From Novakomyces olei (taxonomy: Eukaryota): DNA of 64,000 bases. Below the pieces are notes generated by a model. That model saw only the letters and a list, made by a program, of their open reading frames with translations, made no database searches and was not told the DNA's origin. Every line of letters starts with the position of its first letter. Within the stretch, counting starts at the first letter, position 1. Positions 46,312-60,346 of the stretch are shown here, piece after piece. Both the position numbers and the translations under genes were made by a program. Location: the NCBI GenBank assembly GCA_016906335.1, contig JADEYG010000001.1, positions 1,612,001-1,676,000 of the forward strand, read 5' to 3'.

Positions 46312-48386
46312 CTATTCAGGATCAGGAGGCATATTTAGAGCCGCTAGAGCCTGAGGCGGAGTGGATAATCGTCCAGTAGGTGGGGGGCGAGAGTTTACAG
46401 CAGTAAAAAAATCATAAATACTGTCCCCCTCTTCCCCACTAACTGTCCGCTCAAGCAGCTCCATAGCCAAATCAGCCACTTCCTCGGACTGCTGGCGCAG
46501 TGGTAAAATTGTCGTTAAGCGTGCGCCTTCAAAATCACCAAGGCTCAATCGTGACGTACTTGCCACCAATAAATATTGCAAGCCGCCTGGGTACAAGCTC
46601 AAAGTCTGTGCGAAATTTTCGTCTGATATTAGGTGCAGCAAGCGCAGGCATAGCAATAGACAACGAGTTCTTATATTAGTCATAAAAATCGACAAGCAAC
46701 TATTAAATTATTCAATGAAACAAAATAAAATAGAGAGAATTATGATTTACGGATAAGACCGGTAATCCATTAAAGAGAAAGACTTCTAAAATATGCGACG
46801 TACTCTGAGTCGCTCAAAGCGCAAGCGCGGCTTGTGGTGAGATTACGAACGGTCATTGATAGCGTGCGCACAAGAACGGGTATGACAAAGTTTGAGTTTG
46901 CTAATAAAAGACGTCCCGGCGAAGACTCAAATGAGGTTTGCTTTGACTGGTCAAAAACAAGTAAAATGCAGGCTATGTTTTCCAGTACCAACTGCCGAAG
47001 TCGAGATTGTGTGCTCACGGCTAAAGACTTCGAGCCTGGCTGTATGAGTTTAGATAAGAGGCCGATATATGATTCGACTTTGGCCTCAAAGTCTGGACCA
47101 CTAGACTCGAAACAGCAGATGCTGTTTCGTGTCACAAGGGTTTTGGTCAAATTTAACACTCGCTCGGTGACTTTCTCATCCTTGACAGAACCGAAAAGTT
47201 TCTTCATCAGTGGCTCCTGAAGTGCGTGCACGGGTCTGATAATTAGCAAATAAATTTAAGCAGGAATATAGGAATCATTTTCGCTGTCAACTTACAAGGT
47301 ACAGTCGTCAAATGCGAACTTGTAAAGCTGAACAATTTTTTCTAATGCGCCAACAGCGGCATAAAATGCCGTGGGTTCAAATTCACGAATATCGATAGCA
47401 GTAAAAGCGGCATTAGCCCTGTCCAAAAGAGTGGTCAATTGGATAACAATACCAAGCTTTGGCGTTGATTCCATTGCACTTGCAGACAAACAAAGGAGGC
47501 AGGCAAAAACCCGGGCCTAAGCTCAACGTTAGAAACTTGGTCAGCCAATATAAAATAGTCCCGTATGGAAAAAAGTACGACTTACAGAGTTTCCAGTATA
47601 CGCATTTGTTTGCGAAACTATAGAGCCAAGTATATTTGTTATATATTCCGAAGGCGTGCATTTATCTACGTTTGATACAATGGCTTCCTTTATGACTCTT
47701 GCCATTGTGAACGTGTCGTCTCTTGTTTCAAGCAATTCAACGCAACTTTTCGCATTTGGCTCATTGAGCGAGCAGCTGAGCATTCGGTTCAGCGTATCAA
47801 GTTTGGCCGAGACATTATCTGCAGAGGGCAGTTTTTCTATCGCTGTTGGAGCCCGCGCAGGCAATGCCGGCTTTTTTGCTTTAATTGGTTGATCATCAAA
47901 TGAATGTCTAAAGCCCGTGCTGTTTGGTTTGCTTTGGGCAATTGATACAACTTCTTTTGTCTCGTTCCGCGATTGCAGCTGTGAAAACTTGCGAAATTCT
48001 GAATCAACCTTTAGCGCATCTAGTTCTTTATGTAGTTCATTTACTTGAGCCGTATTCTCCGCTCTTAACTGTTCTAAACGCCCACGCAATTCTTGTAATT
48101 CGCGTTGATGCCTTTGTTCCTCCTGGTGCATTCGCTGCCGTACAATCGCGGCCTCTCCTGCTTTTTCTAATAGCTGACGTTGAAGCTCATCTCGGTCATC
48201 GAGGTATTTATGCGTTTGCGATGCTTCAAGCCTCGCCACGGTTGAGTCATCAAAATAATCATCACCATCTTGGGCGACTTGTGTCGCACCTAGTGCTGCG
48301 AGAGCCGAGTTTTCCAGCTGATCAAGGTCGAGTCCGTCGAAGAAATCGTCGGCCTCAAGACCATCCGACCAATTTTCACTTTGCAT
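46312..48386 (-). CDS. DNA-damage checkpoint protein, Rad26/ATRIP-like, 4 exons
   Basis: Acidic N-terminus (DDFFD..LDQLE..A), coiled coil containing KAGEAAIVR, and C-terminal LAMELLERTVSGEEGDSIYDFF. Confidence 0.75.
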
Positions 48387-48516
48387 GTTGCCATTAGGCC
48401 CGGATTTCAATTGTGTATTTGATTTGCATACGTATTCAGGTTGTCGTGAACACCTCTTGCCTATCAACAATGACGATATTTACTTTATTAAACAGCATTC
48501 ACCTCTTGCAAGGAAA

Positions 48517-48537
48517 CTAACCCTAAGAAACCCTATA
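48517..48537. promoter_or_regulatory. Telobox doublet CTAACCCTAAG-AAACCCTAT in the Rad26-like/cytochrome b5-like divergent promoter
   Basis: Read directly from the sequence. Confidence 0.55.
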
Positions 48538-48734
48538 CAGATTGTAACCGTTGGGAATTTTATGTATAGGTCCCCCACGTCTTACTTCATCCATCTACCA
48601 AAACATTAGGCTTGTATCGTTTTAATATAAGCTTATCAAGGAAGCGTTTTGGGCAGGTATTATTATAACTGGATATTATTTATGGAGAATATCCAAATGT
48701 CGTGCTAGTGTTTTGCCATCGCAAATCTTTGGAC

Positions 48735-49223
48735 ATGTCGGGCCAGTTTGAGCCCAAGGTAAGCAGACGGTACTGCGTATGATTTATTGATTATTCTAGC
48801 ACAAAGTCGCGCTTGATCCGCCAAAGAATAACGAGTATTCCTCTCAGGACTTGCAGCAGTATGACGGTACGGATCCGAGCAAACCAATATATGTAGCTAT
48901 AAAGGGCATTGTGTACGATGTTACGCGAAACTCTGCCGTTTACGGTATGAAAATTGACAAAAAATCAAGTTGGCTAATAATTTAGCCAAAGGAAAGTCTT
49001 ATAATGTGTTTACGGGGAAGGATGCGTCTCGTGCTCTGGCAAAAAGCAGTTTAGAACCACAAGATTGTGTGCCTGGAACTGATGGACTGGACGAATCAGA
49101 GCAAAAAACATTGGACGATTGGGTCACCTTCTTTTCAAAGGTATGCTTTGGCAAAATCTTTTCGCGCATGCTAATCTGAACTAGCGGTACAACGTTATGG
49201 GCCGTATTGTAGACAAGGACTAG
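48735..49223 (+). CDS. Cytochrome b5-like heme/steroid-binding (MAPR) protein, 4 exons
   Basis: Spliced product MSGQFEPK|HKVALDPPK..YDGTDPSKPIYVAIKGIVYDVT..Y..FTGKDASRALAK..LDDWVTFFSK|RYNVMGRI. Confidence 0.9.
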
Positions 49224-49517
49224 TAATGATTCTAGCGTGTGATTTGGTTTATTACGGTAAAGGTTATACATGAGTGTGCGTTTTCAAGTTGTTTAAGGGG
49301 GTTTTGGCCAAAGCCTTAGTGGTAAGCAGCCTCGCACGATACTGCTAGCAATTATTATACTATTTTGCCTTGTTGACCAGGCTTCTATAAACATTGCTAT
49401 CGTTTGAAAGCATGATGCCGTGAAGTTTTCATCTGGGATTCTTTTGACACTTTAAATTAAAATGTCCTATTTTAAGAATAGCTGCTCCTTCTCTCGGACA
49501 AGAACAACTCGTATTTG

Positions 49518-50435
49518 TTACATTCGAACGCCGTTAACGCTCGGAGAAGCGTGCGACAAGAGTGCCAGCATCTGTAAGATTAGCTTCTGATTAATCCCTT
49601 CGTAGCATACCGTCACAATGACTTCAGCCGCCGCCATACCCGTGATGTCAGCTATATTGTACATTTAGCAAATTGACCTCTAGCAAATCAAGCTTACCGT
49701 GATCATAAGCTGGTGCCACTTCCACCACGTCGCCCCCTACTATATTTATGCCCTTTAGGGCTTCAAGGATGGTTAACAGCTCACGTGTAGTCCAGCCGCC
49801 TACTTCGGGTGTGCCAGTAGCAGGTGCATACGCCGGGTCTAGCACATCAATATCAAGAGTGAGGTACACCGGATTGTCTCCCACTGTTTCCTTAATTTTA
49901 CGAGCCACCCCAGCTGCACCCATGATATCAAGCTCTCGCGCATGAATGTACTGAAATCCACAGTCAGCGTCATTGCTAAAATCACCAGGTGATTCAACTG
50001 GGCACCGAATGCCAGCATGTATCGAGTGGTTAGACACAAGCCCCTCATGAGCTGCAATATGGAGAAAAGTGCCATGGTTGATGCTAGCATATGGCGTTAC
50101 ACCTCCAAGCGCATTCGGACTAGTGGTTAGACAACTACATGGGTTTAAAGTTAAAATTACTCCCAGGTGTCAATATGTGAATCGAAATGAATAACGTGTA
50201 ATTTCCCCCAATGTGGGTGCAAGGCGCGCAGAGCTGGTAGCGTTACTGTATGATCTCCGCCAAGCATAAGCACTCTAGGCACTGAGAGTGACGAATTTAC
50301 GGGTTTATGGCTTAAGATTCGCTATACTGTCAGCGGAAAGTTTAAAAGCGAAAAGGTTTCGATCTCCAAAAGGTTTATCTCAAGCATTGCTACTTCTTCC
50401 TCTTGATTTCTTTTCATTTCATTTCCTTTCTTTAC

Positions 50436-50466
<31 letters not shown>

Positions 50467-50962
50467 TTCAGGGTAAACATGTTCAACTTACGCCGTAACC
50501 CGTCTCCAATTGGAGTAAAGCAAACGAATTGTCCATTGGCGACATACCCACGTCCCCGCAGTCGACCATTCGCAATCCAGCCTCAAAAGGATTCATACGC
50601 GTCCATTTATTGTAAGCGCCTTCAGGTAGGATTCGACGCGATCCACGTCGAATCCCACTTGGTCCAAAGCGAGCGCCCGTTCGATATGAGACAGCTGTAT
50701 CAAAAGGGGCCCCGAGTACTGCTACGTCATAGGCGTCTTTTGCCGGTAAAGTTTCCTGCGTAAAACAATTGGGGGCCTCTAAATGTGCAAACGTCTGAAT
50801 GCCTCCGAACAAAGCTAAATTTTGTAAAAGATCGCTATCATCATCCATTGAAGCTAATCGGCTTTTGTAATTCCAGAATGGAATTGAGGCGCCATTGCCA
50901 ATTGGTGCCTGAGAGCACCATGCAGACGAAACTGCCAAGCTTAGGATAAAAGCGACCTTCAT
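49518..50962 (-). CDS. Ureohydrolase (agmatinase/guanidinobutyrase) with signal peptide, 5 exons
   Basis: [56 protein letters not shown] and [10 protein letters not shown]. Confidence 0.93.
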
Positions 50963-51817
50963 TCTTGTCCGAATAGTCAGCAATAGTTGGCAGACGAGAA
51001 ATTGCCGCACTATCAATAAAATTACTCGGCCTTTCAGCGCAAAGTGAATAATAGTCAATTGCAATTTAGAGTCTTGGTACCTAAAACGGGCTAGACGTTT
51101 TGCCGATTTTGGTCAACAGTATACAAAATCGGAGTATTCTTCTTATAAAGTAATATCTATTATATTGATAGGATCTGACAGGATTGCCTTAGATTTACAT
51201 CATTGCGGTCTTACAGGGCAGGGCGGCTTTCTCCGCCATATTAACCGACTTCTACGAAAATACTATTATATACAAATAATGGAGAGGATAACGTCTAATT
51301 GACTGAAAATCATACACCGATTCAGGGTAAAGCTCGTACGCGCTCATATCAGCTAATCGCTATCAAAAATAGCTAATGTCTAATTAATTTTCCACCCATT
51401 AGTGGCTTTCAGTTTTGGACATTTTTTTTAGAAGTATTTGGTCATCGATTTGCGTAGCATGAAATTATCAAAATAATTACATTAGGATAATTAAATTGGA
51501 ATTAGAATTTTGCGGTCATGTGTCGTAAACTTTTGTCAACACCAATATAAAACCTAACTTAGCCATGATTAGTTCACCAAAATACGCTACGCCAGCCGTT
51601 TATATTTACAAATTGTAGCTGACTCGGCGCCATATACAATGCGTAATAGTCAACAAACCCGCTTGGCGGTTGAGAATGCGCGACCAATTTTTTTTATTTC
51701 GAGAATTCTCTTATCACCAAGTAATGATATGAGTAGATACAGCTCTCAAGCACCTGACAACGGGGTCCTCTATTGCTTTTGTTTTCTCGCCTTTTGAGAA
51801 TCAAACGAACTGATGTG

Positions 51818-53247
51818 ATGGACCGTCGAACGCCCGCAGAGCGGTTCATTGCTGATACGATTTACGGTGTTAAATATACTCATTATTTTGCGTTACTTCT
51901 ACTATTGATCGATTTTGTTTTCTGCTTTTGGATAGTGCGCAATGTGCCTTGTAAGCGACAAATATGACCTTGATAACTAACATGAAAGACACTGAGATTG
52001 ATTGGAAAGCATATATGCAGCAAGTGGAAATTGTTAACAAGGGCGAGCGAGATTATACTAAAATATTGGGGGACACCGGACCACTTGTTTATCCAGCGGC
52101 TCACGTGTACATATACAATTTTCTATACAGTTTGACGGACAGAGGAGTAAATATTCGCCTTGCTCAGTATATTTTTATGGCTCTCTATCTTACCACCGAG
52201 GCGTTGGTATTTGTGCTGTACCGACAAGCTAAGGTATCATACTGAATTGGAAATTTATTTATTTTTATTTATGTTTTTTTTATAAACTCAGTCCAACTTA
52301 CAGTTTTGAATCCCCTCGTATCCTATGATGCTTACTATTAGGCCCCTGCTTTTGTATACCCACTCGTTATTTTTTCAAAGCGACTTCACAGTATTTATCT
52401 GCTGCGGCTTTTCAATGATTGTTGGAGTACCTTTTTCGTGGCTCTCTCCATTTTTTGTTGGAGTAAGCGTCTCGATATCTTGGGCGGAGTTCTTTATAGT
52501 GTGTCGATTGGTGTCAAAATGAATTCGATTCTTTATTTGCCGGCAATTATGATACTATACGTCCAACGACTTAACGTGCGCTGTACTCTTGTTTTCGCTG
52601 CACTATTAGCACAAACACAGGTAGTTCTAGGACTACCTTTTCTGTCAAAATATCCCTTGAGCTATATAAAACGAGCGTTTGATTTTTCTCGTGTATTTCT
52701 TTTCAAATGGACTGTCAATTGGCGTTTTGTTGGTGAAGGTGTTTTTTATAGCTGGCAGTTCTCGGTTGGGCTACTGCTTGCTCATGTTATGGTTATCCTT
52801 TTCTTTGCATCTACGCGATGGAACAGACTGACTGGGTACAAATTACAAACCGTTGTTTTACACTTTCTGTCACTGTCCCAATTGCCTCTGCCACCTAGGC
52901 CGCGATTTGAGCTGTTGATGAATAAACGGTTTTATCTGATATCACTGCTTACCTGCAATCTCATCGGTGTAACGTTTGCCCGGTCGCTTCACTACCAATT
53001 TTACACTTGGTTTGGTTGGTGGCAACCCCTTCTGCTTTCTTCATGCCCTCCTTCGATCGCATGGGCGTTGTGGCTGGCGCAAGAATGGGCCTGGAATGTT
53101 TTCCCCAGCACTAAGGCCAGCTCTTTTGTAGCGTTTTTTGTAAACATAGTTGTGCTAGCCACAGTATGGTATGGAGAGCTGTTAGATGATGATCCTGACG
53201 CGCGAGTAAAGGAGTCGCCTGCAGCTTTACAGAAAAAGGTAACGTGA
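51818..53247 (+). CDS. ALG3: Dol-P-Man:Man5GlcNAc2-PP-Dol alpha-1,3-mannosyltransferase, 3 exons
   Basis: [50 protein letters not shown] and RSLHYQFY. Confidence 0.96.
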
Positions 53248-53682
53248 TTTCAGGGAAAATACATACTACATGCACAAAAAGCTCCGCCCTTTATGTTTAT
53301 GATTACTACGAAGCGTATATTTTTGTCTCGCAGCTGCCATTTATACTGAGTTGCTTGCATTGCTGTGTATCTGTTAGAATCATTGCCTGTCGTACCAATT
53401 ATCATGGCTACTATTTGTATAAGGACGCTTCGTCATATTTCAGGTTTATTTCGTCTACATTATGGAAATGACCGCCCATATATCCTATAAAAATCCAACA
53501 AAAATTCCCAAACACGCTCGATCTATTTCGTTGTCATTTTACCTTGTCCCACATAAAACAGTTTATTGAGATTCACTGTCATAAATTTATATAAAATACC
53601 ATTATAAATAGTCTACGCGTACCACTTCGAATCCAGTAATCTATAAACATGTTTTACTAGATAACACAACACAAAAGCGTCA

Positions 53683-55525
53683 ATGAGTTCGTTAGTGCAA
53701 GAGCGGCTGAGGCTGTTTACGCAAAATCTGGATCAGTGTGAGGCCGAGATTACACTGTCTGCCAATCTGAAAGATCAAGGCTTTCAAACGGGTCGACTAA
53801 GGTGCACAGAAGTCAAGAATTTGCCGAATGAAGAAGCCATTGGCAGTGCGTTAGCCACGCTTCCAAGTACAGCAGACCTTTCGCCTGACCAATGGGTTCT
53901 TGCCGGCCGTGCTGCCGTAATTTTATATGCAAAGTATGTGGATCGTTTATTGGGCACTATTCTACCAACTGGAAACGATATCTATTACTGGGATGAACTT
54001 TTGTCCAGTGACGTATGGACCGCAGTGTATCTCGTACAGAGTATGTTGAATATGTCGAGGACTTGAACTCTGGCCTTTGGCTTGGAAAATTTCTTTTATT
54101 TAATGCTAATTAATAGCTTTGCCTGTCCGGTTTGCAATGCTGTTTAAAAGATTATGGAGCGATTTGAAATCTCAACGGTTCAAAGCTAATAACACGTTCG
54201 ATACTAGCGCCAGTATATCTCAGTCAATATCTCACTCCTTTGCTTACATTTCGCAAAGGCTCCGTTCACCCGAAACTGTTTTGAGTGCTTTGTTCTCCGT
54301 GAACGGAGAGCAGGTGAAACCCCCATCATTTGCTCGTGCTGTTTGGTCCAGTCTGGCTCGACGAGAAATAAAAGCCAATCGCAATTCTCTAAAATCAGTT
54401 CGCAAGCAAATGGCTGAACAAATCGGTCGTGCAGTTTCCGCAAATATGGAGCTGCGTAATGACGCCGGGCAGCTTTGTCTAAGCCAAGGCGTGACGGACT
54501 TTTTAGCTTCACTTGCTCCCGAAGCCGATCTGCCACCGCTAAAATTACTGTTCAACCTGCAAACTCGCATCGCCGATTTGGACGATATCGTTCCCCGTGA
54601 GCGTACACGGCCGTCACTGGCTATACGAGCGTGGCCTATAGTTATATTGGGTATAGTTGGTGGGTCAAAAGCGCTGAATTTTATTGTTGGGCGAAAACAC
54701 GATATTGCAGAATGGGCTCGAGAAAGTGTCACCACACTGCAAGCTTTTTGGCAAAATTGGGTGGTATCGCCCTGCGTCACAGTCTTGCGTACGATTAGGC
54801 ACGATGACGGATCTGAAATTGCCCTGACGAGCAAGCGCAGTCTCGAAGCAGACCTCGATTCCTTAGAGCGTATGGTGCTGTCTTTTGCCGAAGAACGAAG
54901 AGAGTATGCGCCAGAATATTTCGATAGTGGCGGAAACATTGAGAAAGCTTTGCTGGAGCAGCATGTTCGAGAAGGCGACATTTCACCAGTTTTACGTGCG
55001 TATGAGCACGACCTTAAATCGCCTCTTCGGGGCTCTCTACGTGGTGATCTTGTCAGGTCGCTACTAATACAAGTGCAAAAGACCAAAGTCGATGTTCAAC
55101 GGGCTCTTTCAGGAATAGACAGAATCTTGCAATCGCAAGAACTCGTCTTTGGCTTTGTAGGCCTTACTCCGGGCATTTTGGTGTGCTATTTTACCTTCAA
55201 TTTTGTACACGACCGAATCTACAATCGCGGTGCGGTTTGGAGCGGTGCTAAAAAGGTTCAAGCACGACGTACTCTGCGTAATATCTCACGTTTAATTGAC
55301 AGCGCTGCCAGTGACGAGGCAGAGCTATCTGACGAAACGATAGGCCTCTTGCTATGTGAGACATACATCTTACGGCAAGTTGTACCTTTGCTTGTACAGG
55401 ACAAGGCAGTCTTGGACGACTTTTTACATGATATTCGTCGGCTTGAAGATGGCGCTAACGCTAATATTGGGTTAGAGCGTCGTCGACTCGATTTGATTTT
55501 CCGAGTATACTCGAGGTATTTTTGA
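53683..55525 (+). CDS. NCA2: ATP synthase regulation protein Nca2, 2 exons
   Basis: FWQNWV..TIRHD, SLEADLDSLERMV, VREGD..VL..YE.DL.SP and LLIQVQKTKVDV..A..GID.IL.SQELVFGFVG.TP. Confidence 0.92.
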
Positions 55526-55731
55526 AAAGATGGAGTATTACGGTTTGTGTATAGCGCATGAGTATTAGACGTCTTTCTGGAATATAGTAATGATTGAACT
55601 AATCTCGTATGGCAAAACAAAGTGTCCTCATTAACTATCGTAATTTCGAGATTAGTAAACCCAAACATTAATATTGGGCACAACAATTTATTGAGCTTCC
55701 AGAGACAAACAGGTCCTTAGTGTGGGAACAA

Positions 55732-55750
55732 AACCCTAACTAACCCTATA
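55732..55750. promoter_or_regulatory. Telobox doublet AACCCTAAC-TAACCCTAT upstream of SEC4
   Basis: Read directly from the sequence. Confidence 0.55.
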
Positions 55751-56048
55751 CTTAATTTTGCACTAACACCGATAACCGCAATAGCCCTACAGGCGCCCAA
55801 CAAGCGGAACGGAACTACTAAAAAGGGTGTTGAGCCTATCTAGACTAGAACGTTGCATAGTATGCGTATTTGAATCACATATAGATGCTAATCATGCTTT
55901 ACGTACAACCATAATTTTGCAACCGTAGGTCCATTACTGTTTGTGTCGTCCTTATCCGGCACTTTTAACTTAATAATAACACCATAAATATATTATCAAG
56001 AAAGGAGAAACGGCGTGTTGAGCGTCAGATACCGGATACGCGAGCAGA

Positions 56049-57052
56049 ATGGCCTCAAAGTCTTAGTAAGCTTCTATTCTCATTTCTTTTACGCGTCACC
56101 TGAAATACTTGGCTGAATACGCGTCTGCTTTAACGGCTGCTATCATCCGTCGCGGACCGATCCTTCTAAATTCTACCGTGACTCTGTATAATTATTCAGC
56201 AATCCTAATTTGAATAGCGACTATTTGATCAAACTTCTATTGATTGGCGATTCGGGTGTGGGCAAGTCGTGCTTACTGTTGCGTTTCAGCGAGGACAGTT
56301 TTACTCCGAGCTTTATCACGACCATAGGGATCGATTTCAAAATTCGAACAATCGATCTAGAGGGCAAACGCATCAAATTGCAGATATGGGACACTGCAGG
56401 CCGTAAGTGCCGTGTAATTAAGTCTAGTTTGTCTAATATTTCCAGAGGAGCGATTTCGCACGATTACTACGGGTATGAAGAGAGTAATTGTTGGTTGCTT
56501 ATACTTTAGCGTATTACCGAGGCGCCATGGGCATTTTGCTCGTTTACGATGTTACAGACGAGAAGTCCTTCAACAGTATGCTCGACCAAAGTTCAACGTA
56601 TATTCAGTGCTAACTAAACAGACATTCGTACATGGTATTCTAATGTTGAACAGCATGCTTCGGAAAACGTGCACAAGATTTTGATTGGAAACAAATGTGA
56701 CGCCGAAGAGAAAAGGGTATACTCATACACGTCTGGCAGCTTTTAGTATTATTTCTATTTGGACGGAACTAATTCCTAAAGCAAGTAAGCACGGAACAGG
56801 GTGAGGCCTTGGCTCGTGAATTTGGTATTCAGTTTGTTGAGGCCAGTGCTAAGGCAAACATCAATGTGGAAGATGCGTTTTTCACGCTTGCGCGGTATGT
56901 TTCTCAGGCTGTTTTGCAGTTCTAAATATGGCAGTGATATCAAGCGGGATATGATTGATACTTCCGGCAATGACGCTGGCGCCTCCGGTCAGAGCGGCAT
57001 GAATTTATCCGGATCAAATGGCGCTACTTCGAGCAGCAGCAAATGCTGTTAG
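56049..57052 (+). CDS. SEC4: Rab8/Sec4/Ypt2 small GTPase, about 7 exons
   Basis: GDSGVGKS, effector [40 protein letters not shown] and C-terminal CC. Confidence 0.95.
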
Positions 57053-57662
57053 CTTTTTTTTCTCTATAACATATCCATATTTACAGCTCAACGGTGCCAT
57101 GTTTGAGAAGGGGAAATAGGCCGTTCGTTCGTTGGTTATTTATATACATTGATTTTACAGCTAAATGATTTGAGTGTAATCACTAGCAATTGTAGTTTTA
57201 AAAATGAATCCTTAACTTTTCAAACCGACATAAGAAGCTGGTTTTGTTAGGTAGTGAAAATATTCAGTCAGCCGTTGCAAAGTATCTTTTGCGTTTTGGC
57301 AGATATGTCTCCGATGTTCATCGTAGTCGAATACTGTATGTGTATATCCTGTGTAATATTACGTACGAATATAATTATATCTAGTGAGTTTACTTGTTTT
57401 TACTCGCGTATCGAGCGGGCGTAATTCTCTTTTAAGGCAAAACTTTTATTCGTTTTGGAGATTCAAGAACCGAGTCCGAAGGGCTACAGGTCAATTCAAG
57501 ATAAATTGCGTATTCATCATCGTGTGCTATTTAAAAGCTCATCGTATTAAGGTCGTGTTTTATCCGTATCTGACTCACAACAAGCCTCTCGTAATGAATG
57601 GTACGAGCGTGGCATGAGCGTGTCGTATTTTCGTGATTTTGAATCTACCCAGGGTTTTCTGA

Positions 57663-57677
57663 TGAAGATTCCAGAAA
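57663..57677 (+). promoter_or_regulatory. Heat-shock element upstream of Hsp110
   Basis: Perfect nGAAn-nTTCn-nGAAn (tGAAg aTTCc aGAAa) about 190 bp before the ATG; a (TA)n tract lies at 57762-57797. Confidence 0.75.
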
Positions 57678-57764
57678 AGGACAGGATTTTCTACGATGTA
57701 ATGTAAAAATAATAGCGTCCATAAATTTTCTTTCTCGCCGTAAAATTGTCAAACCCTCTGCTAT

Positions 57765-57798
<34 letters not shown>

Positions 57799-57862
57799 AA
57801 AGACAGCCGAGCTTGATAGAGCACAAATTTAGGTGCCAATTCGAGCCAGAAAGTAGAGCAGA

Positions 57863-60070
57863 ATGGCGTCTTCCGTGGTGGTAAGTCTATTCTTTCAGTC
57901 AATGTTCTTTGTTTAACTTTTTCAGGGATTTGATATCGGAAACAGCAAGACTGTTATCTCCGTAGCACGGAACCGTGCGATTGATGTTATAACAAACGAA
58001 GTCTCGAACCGTGCGACACCCACTCTGGTTGGATTCGGTCCGAAAGCGCGTTATCTCGGAGAGGGCGCGAAAACGCAAGAGACCTCAAACTTTAAAAACA
58101 CAGTAGGCTCGTTGAAACGGCTTGTCGGCCGTTCCTTCTCCGATCCGGAAGTAAAATACGAGCAGCAGTTCGTTTCTGCTGAGCTGGTGGACGTAAAGGG
58201 CCATGTTGGCGCAAAGGTCAATTACCAGGGCAAACAGGAGGTCTTTACTGCTACTCAGCTGCTGGCTATGTTTTTCACGCAGGCAAAACTTACTACTGAG
58301 GTCGAATTGCGGCAAAATGTGACTGACGTGGTCATCTCTTGTCCCGGCTGGATGACGGACCAGCAGCGCCGGGCAATGTTGGATGCTTCCGAGATTGCAG
58401 GTCTAAATACTTTACGTCTCATGAACGATACTTCCGCTGCAGCTTTGGGTTATGGCATCACAAAGACAGATCTACCGGAGGACAAGCCCCGTAATGTCGT
58501 CTTTTGCGATATTGGCCACTCCAATTATTCTGTCGCTGTTGTGTCCTTCCTACGTGGTCAATTGCACGTACGTGCGACTGCTTATGATCGTCATTTTGGA
58601 GGCCGTAATATCGATTTGGCGTTGGTCAACCACTTTGCTGAAGAGTTCAAGGCCAAATACAAGATTGACGTCAATGCTAACCAGAAAGCCTTGTTCCGTT
58701 TGTACACAGCGGTCGAAAAATTGAAAAAGGTCCTTTCTGCTAACGCTGCTGCTCCATTGAACGTTGAGTCGCTTATGAATGACATTGACGTTAGCAGCTT
58801 TTTGAAGCGGGCCGAGCTGGAAGAGCTGATCAGCCCATTGTTGGCGCGTGTTGAAGATCCTCTGAAGCGCGCCTTGGAAACTTCTGGACTCACCAAAAAT
58901 GATATTCACAGCATTGAGCTTATTGGCGGTACTACGCGCGTTCCATCAATCAAGGATCGTATTGCTGCGTTTTTTGATAAGCAGCTTTCCTTTACACTGA
59001 ACCAGGATGAGGCTGTTTCGCGTGGGTGTGCTTTCGCTTGTGCTATCCTTTCTCCTGTTTTCAAGGTCCGTGAATTCGCAGTCCACGATATCTCTGCTTA
59101 TCCGATTGTTTTCCAGTGGGAGGCCGAGCCTGGAATCGACGAAGAAACGAGCCTGGAGGTATTCTCTGCACGTAACCCGATCCCGAGCACCAAAGTTCTT
59201 TCTTTCTATCGCAAGAAGCAATTTACGCTCACCAGTTCTTATCCAGATCCCTCCGCCTTACCGGGCGGTATCAATCCTTGGATTGGTGATTATACGATTA
59301 AGAACGTAAAGCCCAACAGTGCCGGTGAGCATGCTTTGGTCAAAGTTAAAGCCCGCTTGAATCTTCACGGAGTTCTTAGTGTAGATCAGGCATATGTGGT
59401 TGAGGAAGAAGAAGTAGAAGAGCCGATTCCAGCAGAAGGTGAGGATGCCAATGGTGAAAAGAGCAAAGACGAAATGCCTGTTGATGGCGCCGATGGAACA
59501 GCAAATCCTCCACCCAAGACACGCAAGGTGAAGAAGCTGGTCAATAAGGGATCTCTCCCCATTGTTGCTGGTACAGTATCGCTTGACGACTCAATCAAGG
59601 AGGCTTACAGAGAGCGTGAATTGGAAATGACAGTGGCTGATAAATTGGTAAAGGAGACTGAGGATCGCAAGAACGCATTGGAGGAATACATCTATGACAC
59701 TCGCAGCAAGCTGGACGATATTTATGCTGGCTTTGCTAGTGATGCGGAGAAGGAGAAACTGCACAAGCTTTTGAACGAGACCGAGGATTGGTTGTATGAT
59801 GAGGGCGAGGATGCCACGAAGGCTGTTTACGTTTCACGTATGGACTCGTTACTCAGCATCGGCGGCCCTATTCGTCAACGATACCTTGACGCAGAGGAAG
59901 CCAAACGTCAGGAAGTGATCAAGGCACGAGAAGCCGAGGCAGAGAAGCTGCGTAAAGAAAAGGCACAGAAGGAAGAAGCATCCAAGGGCGAAAAGGGAAC
60001 TGGTGGTGCGGCCCCACCACCACCGCCACCGGAGCGAGTAGAGGATGAGGATGCTGAAATGAAGGGATAA
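57863..60070 (+). CDS. SSE1: Hsp110/Hsp70-family nucleotide exchange factor, 2 exons
   Basis: VVGFDIGN, NEVSNRATP, GYGITKTDLP, TLNQDEAV, ARLNLHG and EDRKNALEEYIY. Confidence 0.96.
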
Positions 60071-60346
60071 ACGCTAAATTTGCAGCATTCATGGCTTTAT
60101 AGAGAATGCATCCTTATGTGTTATAATTGATTATTGATGCGGCATATTGAGTCAAGTTTTATGATTCGTAGTTATAATTGAAGTTTGAGAATTTGCATGC
60201 CATTTGCTTAAAGTCGTAAGAGAGAGCGTTCAGGGCGTTCTTAGTGACTGAAGGTTACATTGAATCTGAAAACCGTCGCACGCGCCTAGAAGCCCTGGTC
60301 CTTTGCTCCTTTGTATGCATACGTTGGGCAAGGTCGAACTATTAAA

